Source: Nodularia phage vB_NpeS-2AV2. Taken from it: DNA of 32,000 bases. The position numbers and the translations under genes were made by a program. The stretch lies in the sequence record KU230356.1; one strand, written 5' to 3'. The notes below the pieces were generated by a model that ran no database searches, had not been told where the DNA came from, and was given only the letters and a program-made list of their open reading frames with translations. Below, one piece after another: positions 1 through 7,829 of this stretch. Position 1 is the first letter of the stretch. Every line of letters begins with the position of its first letter.

Positions 1-20
1 TCTTTATTTTTTTGCTGATG

Positions 21-80
21 TAACTACTATCTCAAACCACTAACCTAAAGACAACCGTAATTATACTGAATTAAATAAAC
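21..80 (-). promoter_or_regulatory. Copy 1 of a conserved intergenic promoter/leader element (leftward)
   Basis: aACTACTATCTCAAaccactaacctaaagACAACCGTAATTATACTGAATTAAAT; the reverse strand reads ATTTAATTCAGTATAATTACGGTTGT with a TATAAT hexamer. Near-identical copies at 1474-1546 and 4121-4185. Confidence 0.55.
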
Positions 81-152
81 TCAGTAACCATGTGAAGTAT
101 TACACTGTATTCACCCAAACGATCGCTCTGAACAATCCTAAGCCTCAACCTC

Positions 153-440
153 GTGATAAACTATCTGAAACATTTCAGGTATATCACTATGGGCAAAATG
201 GCATGGCTACCTACATCATCCAGCAACGGTACGAAAATCCTGCATTTACAGTCTGACACCTCAAGACCTTTCAGACCTTACTCAACATTCCCGCACCTTG
301 CAGTACCAGACCATACTATTCCCGGTGGATCTAAAGGTTGGGCTACTTATCAAAAGCTACTTAAGTGCGGTTGGGAAATCGTGGCAAGCGATCGCGTGTC
401 AGATGTCGGTGGTTTAGCTGGTGTGGTTGATGAGATTTAG
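153..440 (+). CDS. Hypothetical small protein (TIPGGSKGWATYQKLLKCGWEIV motif, cyanobacterial flavour)
   Basis: 95-aa ORF, GTG start in the supplied track; ends just before a hairpin. Weak coding support. Confidence 0.35.
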   Translation: MINYLKHFRYITMGKMAWLPTSSSNGTKILHLQSDTSRPFRPYSTFPHLAVPDHTIPGGSKGWATYQKLLKCGWEIVASDRVSDVGGLAGVVDEI

Positions 441-446
441 GCGTGG

Positions 447-480
447 AAAAACCCTGTAACTTATTGGCTACAGGGTTTTG
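447..480. terminator. Bidirectional intrinsic terminator between convergent ORFs
   Basis: AAAACCCTGTA-N10-TACAGGGTTTT, 11-bp perfect stem with A-run on the left and T-run on the right. Confidence 0.75.
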
Positions 481-497
481 TGTCGCGGTTTGTATTT

Positions 498-833
498 TTA
501 CTTTAACGGGTAAAGTTTATAATATTTGGTTAGATTGTTTGACATTCTTTGTTTTTCTGTTCTCTTGAGTCTTAACCTGCTCTTTACTTTTATCTCCTTA
601 AACGCCTTTTTTGTCAGGTCTATGTAAGGATCTCCACTCTCACCTGAGCAAACCTCGCCTACTTGATAATCATCTGAGTAGACAATGACCTCACCTATTG
701 GGTAGGTTTTACCTCTAATCACAACATCTACAGTAAATACTGGTTTCATAATTATTTCTCTTAGTAATCCATATTCTTCAAGAACTTCTCCCAGAGTCCT
801 GGGAGATTTTATTGCTGCATCACACATGGACAA
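498..833 (-). CDS. Hypothetical protein
   Basis: 111-aa ORF in a compact minus-strand cluster; overlaps the upstream ORF by 14 nt. Confidence 0.6.
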   Translation of the reverse strand: MSMCDAAIKSPRTLGEVLEEYGLLREIIMKPVFTVDVVIRGKTYPIGEVIVYSDDYQVGEVCSGESGDPYIDLTKKAFKEIKVKSRLRLKRTEKQRMSNNLTKYYKLYPLK

Positions 834-1185
834 TTAACTCAACTTCTGCATTTTCATGACCTTCGCAATTGCTAATACTAAAAGCAGGGTATTGCATAAC
901 GTGGTCTTTAGTGAAGATGAAGCAAGAGTCAAACTTCTTAGCTTCATGTACTAGCAACTTTTCTTTTGGCTTGTGCATTCTGGGTTTGCGACCTGATATA
1001 TCCCATATAGCTGAGATAATACCAACTAGGCTTGCACCTTCTTGTGCATTACCTCTACCATTCTTACTCATGATTAATTTAGTTTCTGTGTAAGAAATGC
1101 CGAAGTAATCGGCTAAAGCTACTACTGAACAGTCATTAGCATCCTGAATACCATACTTACCAATGTAGAATGTTTTGCTTTCCAT
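820..1185 (-). CDS. Putative small papain/C39-like fold protein
   Basis: 121-aa ORF with NDCSVVALADYFGISY near the N-terminus and a later His region (FTKDHVMQYPAF). Pattern resembles phage papain-like proteins; by-eye only. Confidence 0.4.
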   Translation of the reverse strand: MESKTFYIGKYGIQDANDCSVVALADYFGISYTETKLIMSKNGRGNAQEGASLVGIISAIWDISGRKPRMHKPKEKLLVHEAKKFDSCFIFTKDHVMQYPAFSISNCEGHENAEVELIVHV

Positions 1186-1225
1186 TTTCCCTTTCTCTCC
1201 TCAGTGATTGTGCCACGTCCTTGTC

Positions 1226-1450
1226 CTAACAGTCAGCAGCAAGAGCATCTACTAGGTAGCATTCTTCATCTCCAGTCATTTTGTCTGTTGTGCTATGCCC
1301 TACTAGAATAGACAAACTCTTATTGACTTTCATACTGATCCATGCTCCTTTGTTATGTTGTTCCGGGGTTATGAACAACTGTCCAATTTTCAACCCACTG
1401 AAAGTGAAGGATACACGGTCGTTTATGCGAAATTCTTTAGTAATAATCAT
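1226..1450 (-). CDS. Hypothetical protein
   Basis: 74-aa ORF directly downstream of promoter element copy 2. Confidence 0.5.
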   Translation of the reverse strand: MIITKEFRINDRVSFTFSGLKIGQLFITPEQHNKGAWISMKVNKSLSILVGHSTTDKMTGDEECYLVDALAADC

Positions 1451-1473
1451 TTGCCTGTCTACCTGCTTGTTTA

Positions 1474-1546
1474 TACAACTACTATCTCAAGTATCAAATA
1501 TCTCAAGTATCAAAGGTAAAAACAACCGTAATTATACTGAATTTAA
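1474..1546 (-). promoter_or_regulatory. Copy 2 of the conserved intergenic promoter/leader element
   Basis: ACTACTATCTCAA...TAAAAACAACCGTAATTATACTGAATTTAAT, with an internal duplicated ATCTCAAGTATCAA unit. Lies upstream of the 1450->498 genes. Confidence 0.6.
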
Positions 1547-1555
1547 TTATACATG

Positions 1556-1590
1556 AAAGAAAAAACCCTGTAGCTAATAAGTTACAGGGC
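1556..1590 (-). terminator. Intrinsic terminator for leftward transcription from the 1613-4090 gene block
   Basis: Minus strand: GCCCTGTAACTTATTAGCTACAGGGTTTTTT; nearly the inverted copy of the 447-480 hairpin. Confidence 0.75.
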
Positions 1591-1612
1591 TAAACATTCC
1601 CCAATCATTTCC

Positions 1613-2113
1613 TCAGTTATAACCAAGAAACATATCTTTTAATCCTCCCCATAGTAGCGGGTGTTCATTTTCCGGTTTGGTCGTGTCAGACAGTAGTGCT
1701 GTGAATCTTGGTAACTCGTGTCTATACATCTTGTACAGTTTTTCGTTATTTTGTCTACTAGCTTCCATATTGGCAATTCTATCAGCCAGTTTCACAGGTA
1801 ACGCCGCAGGGCAGGCTTTGATTTTACTCGCAATATTCTCTAGCTTTTCCTTTCTATTATTGCCAACACCTGTTACAGCATTCACAATATTGGCTACTTC
1901 TGACCCGAACACGTCTACCAGTTCTTCATCAGTAGTATCTGTATCCTCAAGTACATCATGTAACCAAGCAGCCGCAAGTAGAGTATCATCATCGCACCCT
2001 GACTGTTTTAGAATGTTTACAACATTATTTAAATGTCTGTGGTATGGGAGTTCACCATACATTTGTCCTCTATGTTTGGTGATTGCAAAACAAAGGGCGG
2101 TAATTTCAAGCAT
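1613..2113 (-). CDS. HD-domain (p)ppGpp pyrophosphohydrolase-like protein (MESH1/SpoT hydrolase family)
   Basis: ALCFAITKHRGQMYGELPYHRHLNNVVNIL...LLAAAWLHDVLEDTDTTDEEL...VKLADRIANM: H...HD...ED and KLADR motifs of the SpoT/MESH1 hydrolase fold. Confidence 0.85.
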   Translation of the reverse strand: MLEITALCFAITKHRGQMYGELPYHRHLNNVVNILKQSGCDDDTLLAAAWLHDVLEDTDTTDEELVDVFGSEVANIVNAVTGVGNNRKEKLENIASKIKACPAALPVKLADRIANMEASRQNNEKLYKMYRHELPRFTALLSDTTKPENEHPLLWGGLKDMFLGYN

Positions 2114-2591
2114 TTTCTCTATCCTTTTTAGTCAGATCAAGCTCTCCGTTAACCAGCACTCTAACGACAGTACCAACACCTTCTAACACAACCCCAGATA
2201 CATGGTCTTTGATGTATGCTTTCTGAGTTGGGTTAATCCTATAAGTCCTTACTTTTTGAAAGCTAAGTGCTGTATGGTTTCCCATTAATGGCTGATGTCT
2301 GTCCCTATTCCAGTTAAGTTCGGGTATACCTATTTTTGGTGGTTTATCTAGAATAACTTGACACTTGCAAGCTAATATGAAATCCCATCTTCGTGTGCAT
2401 CCATTTTCCTTCGGTAATCTGACTTTAAAGTAAATGGGATTGCGCCACGCTAATTTGTCCTTAAACCATTTTTCGGAGTAGCTGTTTGTTATTTCAGCGT
2501 TAAACCGCTTCACAGCATCATGGAAAAGTTTTAACCTTCCCTTGGATTGGGTTTTTAAGTAAGCATCCCAGTATTCCACTATTTCGCTCAT
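2106..2591 (-). CDS. Hypothetical protein
   Basis: 161-aa ORF overlapping the hydrolase start by 8 nt; no recognised motif. Confidence 0.6.
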   Translation of the reverse strand: MSEIVEYWDAYLKTQSKGRLKLFHDAVKRFNAEITNSYSEKWFKDKLAWRNPIYFKVRLPKENGCTRRWDFILACKCQVILDKPPKIGIPELNWNRDRHQPLMGNHTALSFQKVRTYRINPTQKAYIKDHVSGVVLEGVGTVVRVLVNGELDLTKKDRENA

Positions 2592-2600
2592 TGTATTTAC

Positions 2601-3512
2601 TCAATAATTATTCAAAATCAATTCCTTCACACCTTCACGCCCCTCAACCTTACAAGATATTGCTCTTTTAGCCTTTACCTCAACCCTTTTAAAGTTCAAA
2701 CTATCCCAGCAATCAACATCACTACTGGATAGTACAACCTTACCCTGCCTAACCTCGCTCAACTCCTTAATCCAGTTCAGTAATCTTGCGTTCTCACCAT
2801 CATTCCAACCATCCTTACTATATCCCACAAAATTGGCTGTATCGCTCATAGGTGTGTATGGTGGATCGAGATAAATCAGAGTATTACTATCCACGAACTC
2901 AGTTACCTGCTGATAATCACCACACAGTATGTAGACACCCTGCAAACGATAGCTCACCGCAAGTAAATTATCACGGTCACAAATAGCCGGATTATCATAG
3001 TCACCAAAGGAAGTATTAAAACCACCATCACGTTTACGAACTCGCCACAGACCATTAAAACAAGTCTTATTTAAGAAAATAACCTGTGCTGCGCGAGTAA
3101 CCCAAGTTTCATTGTATTGGCTGTAGTTAAACTCTGCTGCTTGTTGGTTGAATTCATCGCGTACTCTCTCGAAGTATCTGCGGCGATCGCTCCAACCATC
3201 CCGCATAATCCCACACGTTCTAATATAATCAGCTTGCAGCTTCTCCAGTTCATTGATTAACTGATGCACTGACTGTTGAATTACCACATAAGCCACCATC
3301 AAGTCCCTATTTGTATCATTAATCAGAACCTCACCTAGCTTATGGTAATTCAACAGGTGAAATAGTAATGCACCGCCACCAACGAAAGGCTCGCAGTATT
3401 TGGTGAAATGTTTGGGAAGCATGGGTGCAATCCTCTTTAGTAGTTGGCGTTTCCCTCCTGGCCACTTTAAGAAAGGTTTCGCTCCTTGTTTCTTCTCTGT
3501 ATTCATAGTCAT
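2601..3512 (-). CDS. dam: Dam-type adenine-N6 DNA methyltransferase
   Basis: PFLKWPGGKRQLLKRI (motif I), YCEPFVGGGALLFHL, IYLDPPYTP (DPPY motif IV). Confidence 0.95.
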   Translation of the reverse strand: MTMNTEKKQGAKPFLKWPGGKRQLLKRIAPMLPKHFTKYCEPFVGGGALLFHLLNYHKLGEVLINDTNRDLMVAYVVIQQSVHQLINELEKLQADYIRTCGIMRDGWSDRRRYFERVRDEFNQQAAEFNYSQYNETWVTRAAQVIFLNKTCFNGLWRVRKRDGGFNTSFGDYDNPAICDRDNLLAVSYRLQGVYILCGDYQQVTEFVDSNTLIYLDPPYTPMSDTANFVGYSKDGWNDGENARLLNWIKELSEVRQGKVVLSSSDVDCWDSLNFKRVEVKAKRAISCKVEGREGVKELILNNY

Positions 3513-3601
3513 TATGGTTTATTTGTAGTCCTTATGTTTACTTATGCTAAAAACCAGGATGTCTCGCAGCAATCCTGGTTATTTTCTTTATGATCCTTGT
3601 T

Positions 3602-4090
3602 TTAATAGTTAACACCCCAAGCAAATATCCCATTAATTGTTAAATAAATCCTGTCACACGCTTTTACCTTTTTACCATCTAAGGTTACAAAGTGAGCATC
3701 AACACCATTAGGAGAACGATCTATCATTGGTCTTAATTTCATAGATCCTGTTGTATCCAGTTCTTCGTTAAAACTTTTTACCTCTCCACATACAAATAAG
3801 AATGGTGTCTTACGGGTGTCTAGGGTTTTGGCATTACCTGTTTTTGCTCTCTTAAGTAGTGTTCCTGCTGATGGTGTACCGTCTAATTTAAAACCTCTTG
3901 ACCTAGCTTGCCCTGCTTTATCTAGTTTGAAGGTAACGTTTGACAATTCAACTGTGTCAGCGTGTCCTTGGGCTTTACCTTTAGCCCATACAGTGAACCA
4001 TAATGGTTTCTTGCTTTGCGCTGTAGAGAAGCCAAAACAGTTTACTTTCGTGCTTAGTAGTTGTGTTGGTGTAGCTTTTTGTGTAGGCAT
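3602..4090 (-). CDS. Hypothetical protein (likely start at MPTQKATPTQ, 162 aa)
   Basis: The track extends to 4156, but the start at 4090 has a strong SD (CAAAGGAGACAAGAAG ATG) and lies downstream of promoter element copy 3. Confidence 0.65.
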   Translation of the reverse strand: MPTQKATPTQLLSTKVNCFGFSTAQSKKPLWFTVWAKGKAQGHADTVELSNVTFKLDKAGQARSRGFKLDGTPSAGTLLKRAKTGNAKTLDTRKTPFLFVCGEVKSFNEELDTTGSMKLRPMIDRSPNGVDAHFVTLDGKKVKACDRIYLTINGIFAWGVNY

Positions 4091-4120
4091 CTTCTTGTCT
4101 CCTTTGTTCCAGTTGCTTTG

Positions 4121-4185
4121 TATCACTACTATCTCAAAACTACTAAGGTAAAACAACCGTAATTCTACTGAATTAAATAAAACAC
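4121..4185 (-). promoter_or_regulatory. Copy 3 of the conserved intergenic promoter/leader element
   Basis: ACTACTATCTCAAAACTACTAAGGTAAAACAACCGTAATTCTACTGAATTAAAT; matches copies 1 and 2. Upstream of the 4090->1613 gene block. Confidence 0.6.
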
Positions 4186-4247
4186 TAAAATATACAGCCC
4201 ACCCCTTTATAAGCTATATATTTTTAGAACCTTATCAAGTTTAAGTC

Positions 4248-5084
4248 CTAACTCATCAAATAGTTGATATATTTCCAGCACACTGCTGACTGTTGAGGGG
4301 TACAACCATCTCCTAGTATAGATACACGATGCTTCCTATCTTTTTGTGATCTTGCTAAGACTTCCATTTCTCCTTTATAGGGATTAGTTCCCCACCAACC
4401 CAATCCTCTAATTTGGTTGAGTTCTGTTGAGTACCCATGATCCACTCCCGTAAATTTATATTGCTCACACAGCCTGGAGTTATTAGTCCTAATACTCTCA
4501 AGCGCATCTCCAATCTGTCCTGACCAGGTCGATTGTACCGCGCGTCTGCTGATTTGCTCATCGTCATTGGCGTGGGCAATAAGGAACACTCTTTCTCGCT
4601 TGTGCGGTGCGCCAACTTCTGATGCTGAGATAGTTGACCATTGTGTAGAGTACCCGATTTCATTAAGTGACCAGAGAACATAGCCGAGGGGCGAGATTGA
4701 GTCATCTTTAGTGGGATGTCTACACCCGTCGGGATTTTCCCAAAGCACGACTCTGGGCTTAACTTCGTTGATGAGTCGGTGCATCTCCCACCATAATCCA
4801 CTTCTTTCTCCGTGTAGTCCGTTTCGTTTTGGGTTAGCCAAACTGTTTTGCTGGCATGGACTTCCGCCGCAGATAACGTCGAATGTTCCTGGTTTTGCTG
4901 TGTAGCTCCTGATATCATCCCAGATGGCAATTCCTGGAAAGTTTTGTCTGAGTAAGTGCTGTCTGTAAGGGGCATATTCTATAAACTGTTTAACTTGGAA
5001 CTGTTGCTGCAACCCTGCTATTTCTATTCCTCGCTCACATAATCCAGCTAGACCACCGGAAAAGAGGCTTAAAACTTTGTGCAT
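4248..5084 (-). CDS. C5-cytosine DNA methyltransferase
   Basis: VLSLFSGGLAGLCERGIEIAG (motif I), GGSPCQ (motif IV with catalytic Cys), WENPDG, EVGAPHKRERVFLIAHAN (motif VIII region), LGDGCTPQQ (motif X-like). Confidence 0.93.
   Translation of the reverse strand: MHKVLSLFSGGLAGLCERGIEIAGLQQQFQVKQFIEYAPYRQHLLRQNFPGIAIWDDIRSYTAKPGTFDVICGGSPCQQNSLANPKRNGLHGERSGLWWEMHRLINEVKPRVVLWENPDGCRHPTKDDSISPLGYVLWSLNEIGYSTQWSTISASEVGAPHKRERVFLIAHANDDEQISRRAVQSTWSGQIGDALESIRTNNSRLCEQYKFTGVDHGYSTELNQIRGLGWWGTNPYKGEMEVLARSQKDRKHRVSILGDGCTPQQSAVCWKYINYLMS
4355..4975 (-). other. Long alternative-frame ORF embedded in the C5-methyltransferase gene (same strand, +1 frame)
   Basis: 206 codons without a stop; the product contains SGHLMKSGTLHNGQL...LAHRTSEKECSLLPTPM. 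Coding status uncertain. Confidence 0.2.
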
Positions 5085-5199
5085 CTTTAATATATTCTAG
5101 CGCTGTTACTATAATATATGATATATTTAACCTGTTGTCAAAATATATCACCCAATTATTGAAACAGGTGGTATATTAACTAAAGTATTCAACAAAACT

Positions 5200-5664
5200 A
5201 TGCAGATAAAACGCCTACATCCCGACGCTGTTATCCCCAACTATGCTAAACCGGAATCGTCTGGTTTAGATTTAGTATCTGTGGAGGGTATTCTCATTCC
5301 GGTCAATTCTCATAAATTAGTTCCTACGGGAATAGCTGTGGCAGTCCCTGAACCAGAAGTAGTCAGAACAGCTTCACAAGGTTATCTAACAATAGCTTTT
5401 GAAATCCAAATACGATCACGTTCTGGACTAGCACTAAAGCACTGTGTAACAGTGCTTAACTCTCCTGGCACTATTGATGAAGGCTACAGGGGGGAAATTA
5501 AAGTAATACTTGTAAATAACGGCACAGAACCGTTCCAAGTTAATAAAGGTGATCGTATTGCCCAGATGGTAGTGTGTCCTATTGTGCGGGTAGCTTTAGA
5601 GGAAGTACAGGAACTTTCTGAAACAGAGCGTGGTTCCAATGGTTTTGGAAGTACAGGTGTTTAA
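5200..5664 (+). CDS. dut: dUTPase
   Basis: SSGLDLVS, RSRSGLALKHCVTVLNSPGTIDEGYRGEIKVILVN, GDRIAQMVVCPI, RGSNGFGSTG: all five trimeric dUTPase motifs. Confidence 0.96.
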   Translation: MQIKRLHPDAVIPNYAKPESSGLDLVSVEGILIPVNSHKLVPTGIAVAVPEPEVVRTASQGYLTIAFEIQIRSRSGLALKHCVTVLNSPGTIDEGYRGEIKVILVNNGTEPFQVNKGDRIAQMVVCPIVRVALEEVQELSETERGSNGFGSTGV

Positions 5665-5666
5665 TT

Positions 5667-6476
5667 ATGGTTCAAACAAATAACAGCGTCCAGCTACTTG
5701 GTTACTATGGTGGGGATAAACGGGTATGTTTATCGGCTTGGCAGTCCACAACTGAAGAACTAGGACTAGAACTGCCTGACAATATACATGACCGTGTGGA
5801 TGTTATTTTCCAGCATATAGCGGTGCAAAAAAAGAAATCACCTTTTGAGTTATTACAGTTTTTAGCCGCTAATAATCATTCAACACCGTTCGAGAAGGCT
5901 ATTCTAGATTTTCAGATTACTGCTGACCTTGCAAGCCATATACATTCGCTTAAACACCGTTTAAGCGCAATTAATAGTGAATCAGCACGTTATAAAGAGT
6001 TTCAACAAGATAAGTTTTACATTCCCGATGATTGGAAAAGTATTAAAGTTTCCGAAACTTTCCTTTTCAATTCTGATGATATTCCAGGAGACTTACTTTT
6101 TACCAAAAAGCAATCGTGGCAAATAATTTTAACTGAGCATACACGCCTAAGCTTTGAACTGTATCACGCCTGTATTGCCGACTTAGAACCCATATTAGGA
6201 CGGAAAAGGGCGAAAGAGTCTGCTAGATACTTCTTAGGCTACAATACACAACTTAATTTTGATTGGCAAATGAATTTCAGGTCATTTGTAAATATCCAGC
6301 AGCTACGGAATGACTCACACGCTCAAAGAGAAATTCACCAAATAACAAACACAATGCTTTATCTGGTTGAAACACTACCTGGAAACCCTTTTGAGTATTG
6401 CCTTAAAGCCTTCAATCTGAAATCTGATCCTGAGTTCTGTCTAATCAGAGGTTCCAAAAATGCGATTAATGAATGA
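5667..6476 (+). CDS. thyX: Divergent flavin-dependent thymidylate synthase (ThyX family)
   Basis: HSTPFEKA, LKHRLSAINSESARY (cf. ThyX RHRxxSxNxxSxRY), MNFRSFVNIQQLRNDSHAQREIHQI; adjacent to dut. Confidence 0.88.
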   Translation: MVQTNNSVQLLGYYGGDKRVCLSAWQSTTEELGLELPDNIHDRVDVIFQHIAVQKKKSPFELLQFLAANNHSTPFEKAILDFQITADLASHIHSLKHRLSAINSESARYKEFQQDKFYIPDDWKSIKVSETFLFNSDDIPGDLLFTKKQSWQIILTEHTRLSFELYHACIADLEPILGRKRAKESARYFLGYNTQLNFDWQMNFRSFVNIQQLRNDSHAQREIHQITNTMLYLVETLPGNPFEYCLKAFNLKSDPEFCLIRGSKNAINE

Positions 6477-6660
6477 CCCCACACCCTCAAACGACGATCG
6501 CCTTGCAGTCCTTGGTCTGGCTTTAGCCGTGATCGCTATTGTTGCAGTGTTTGATTTGACTAACAGAAACACTCAACTCAGACAAATGCTAGATAACCAA
6601 TGCCAGCCACAGCGACCGGGACAGATTCTAAACCGTGATGTGGTTAAAAAGACAATATGA
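6460..6660 (+). CDS. Small single-pass membrane protein (hypothetical)
   Basis: Overlaps the thyX end and next ORF start; hydrophobic AVLGLALAVIAIVAVFDL. Confidence 0.55.
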   Translation: MRLMNDPTPSNDDRLAVLGLALAVIAIVAVFDLTNRNTQLRQMLDNQCQPQRPGQILNRDVVKKTI

Positions 6661-6962
6661 AGCACTCCGCAGACCTTAAACCCGCATTATTTCAAATCTC
6701 ACCTGACCAGATCACTAACTATTTAATAGCTAACGGTTGGGTGATTGATCGGGTGGTTGACGGTCACTCTGTTTTCTCACTAGAACATGGTGACACGGGT
6801 TGTAAGCTACTCCTTCCTCAGCAAGATAACGATCCAGATTACGCGCATAGGCTGCTAGATATTCTACTTGTACTACAACTAACGCGATCACCTTCCATTG
6901 GTGATATTGCTAATGAAATAAAGCGGCTTCAGGTAAAACATAAAGCTTGCACCATTAATTGA
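6657..6962 (+). CDS. Hypothetical protein
   Basis: ATGA overlap with upstream ORF; 101 aa. Confidence 0.6.
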   Translation: MKHSADLKPALFQISPDQITNYLIANGWVIDRVVDGHSVFSLEHGDTGCKLLLPQQDNDPDYAHRLLDILLVLQLTRSPSIGDIANEIKRLQVKHKACTIN

Positions 6963-6966
6963 TTTC

Positions 6967-7167
6967 TTGTACCTACTAGCAGAACTAATTACTAAGAGCC
7001 ACGATAACTACTGGTACTTTTTGTTTGGACATTACTTGCATGATTCAGTACCTGTAGCCTTCTTTATAGCTTCAGTAGATATTTTCCTTGTCTTAACCAT
7101 TCTAGTAATGGCTCTGTTGATTATTAATTGTTTTCTCGAAATATTGTTTCTCCACGACTCACAATGA
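6967..7167 (+). CDS. Small hydrophobic protein (hypothetical)
   Basis: 66 aa, two hydrophobic stretches, stop overlaps the thymidylate kinase start. Confidence 0.45.
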   Translation: MYLLAELITKSHDNYWYFLFGHYLHDSVPVAFFIASVDIFLVLTILVMALLIINCFLEILFLHDSQ

Positions 7168-7829
7168 AAAAAGGTAAGTTTATTGTATTCGATGGTGGTG
7201 ATGGTTCCGGTAAAACCACACAACTAGAGCTAGCTGCTAAGTGGTTGTATGCTCACCAAATTCCCACATGGTCAACTAGAGAGCCTGGTGGTACTAAGTT
7301 GGGTCAACAGTTGCGGGAGATTTTGCTACACGATCAAGAAGTTTCCCCTATAGCTGAATTACTACTATATCAGGCTGATAGGGCGCAACACGTATTAGAG
7401 ATAAAGAAACGTTTGCATTATGGTATATGGGTTCTGTGTGATCGCTTTACACTGTCCACACTTGCTTATCAGGGTGCTGGACGGTATCAGCCCACAAAAA
7501 TGATTGAGCAGTTGAACGAAATCTCAGCACAAGGACTTGAACCAGACTGGACATTTTTACTGGATATCGACCCTGCTATTGGATTAACTCGCAAAGGACA
7601 CCAGCAAGCCTTGGATAAGTTTGAGCAAGAAGCCATCAGCTTTCATCAACGTGTGCGAGAATGTTATCTGGAAATTGCACACCATACTTTACTGGATTGT
7701 ACAATTATTTACGCTCAACAGACCATAGAGAGTGTGTCTGCCCCAATTCATTATGTTTTGTCTAATTTAGCTGGTGTACCTATCACACCAGCTACAAAAC
7801 CTAGCGATGCTCATCTTCTTTGTATCTAG
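7164..7829 (+). CDS. tmk: Thymidylate kinase
   Basis: MKKGKFIVFDGGDGSGKTTQLELAAKWL (P-loop), REPGGTKLG, DRFTLSTLAYQG. Start taken at 7164 rather than 7128. Confidence 0.95.
   Translation: MKKGKFIVFDGGDGSGKTTQLELAAKWLYAHQIPTWSTREPGGTKLGQQLREILLHDQEVSPIAELLLYQADRAQHVLEIKKRLHYGIWVLCDRFTLSTLAYQGAGRYQPTKMIEQLNEISAQGLEPDWTFLLDIDPAIGLTRKGHQQALDKFEQEAISFHQRVRECYLEIAHHTLLDCTIIYAQQTIESVSAPIHYVLSNLAGVPITPATKPSDAHLLCI

Noticed and set aside
1677-2186. 169-aa plus-strand ORF opposite the HD hydrolase gene
   Set aside because: Antisense shadow of a well-supported gene; Ser-rich low-complexity product with no motif.
5130-5169. ACCTGTT/AACAGGT inverted repeat between the methylase and dut genes
   Set aside because: Only 7 bp with a 26-nt spacer in AT-rich sequence; could be an operator but too weak to claim.
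7128-7163. Upstream in-frame start of tmk (MFSRNIVSPRLT...)
   Set aside because: Conserved Tmk N-terminus begins at MKKGKFIVFDGGDG (7164); the extension overlaps the preceding ORF.
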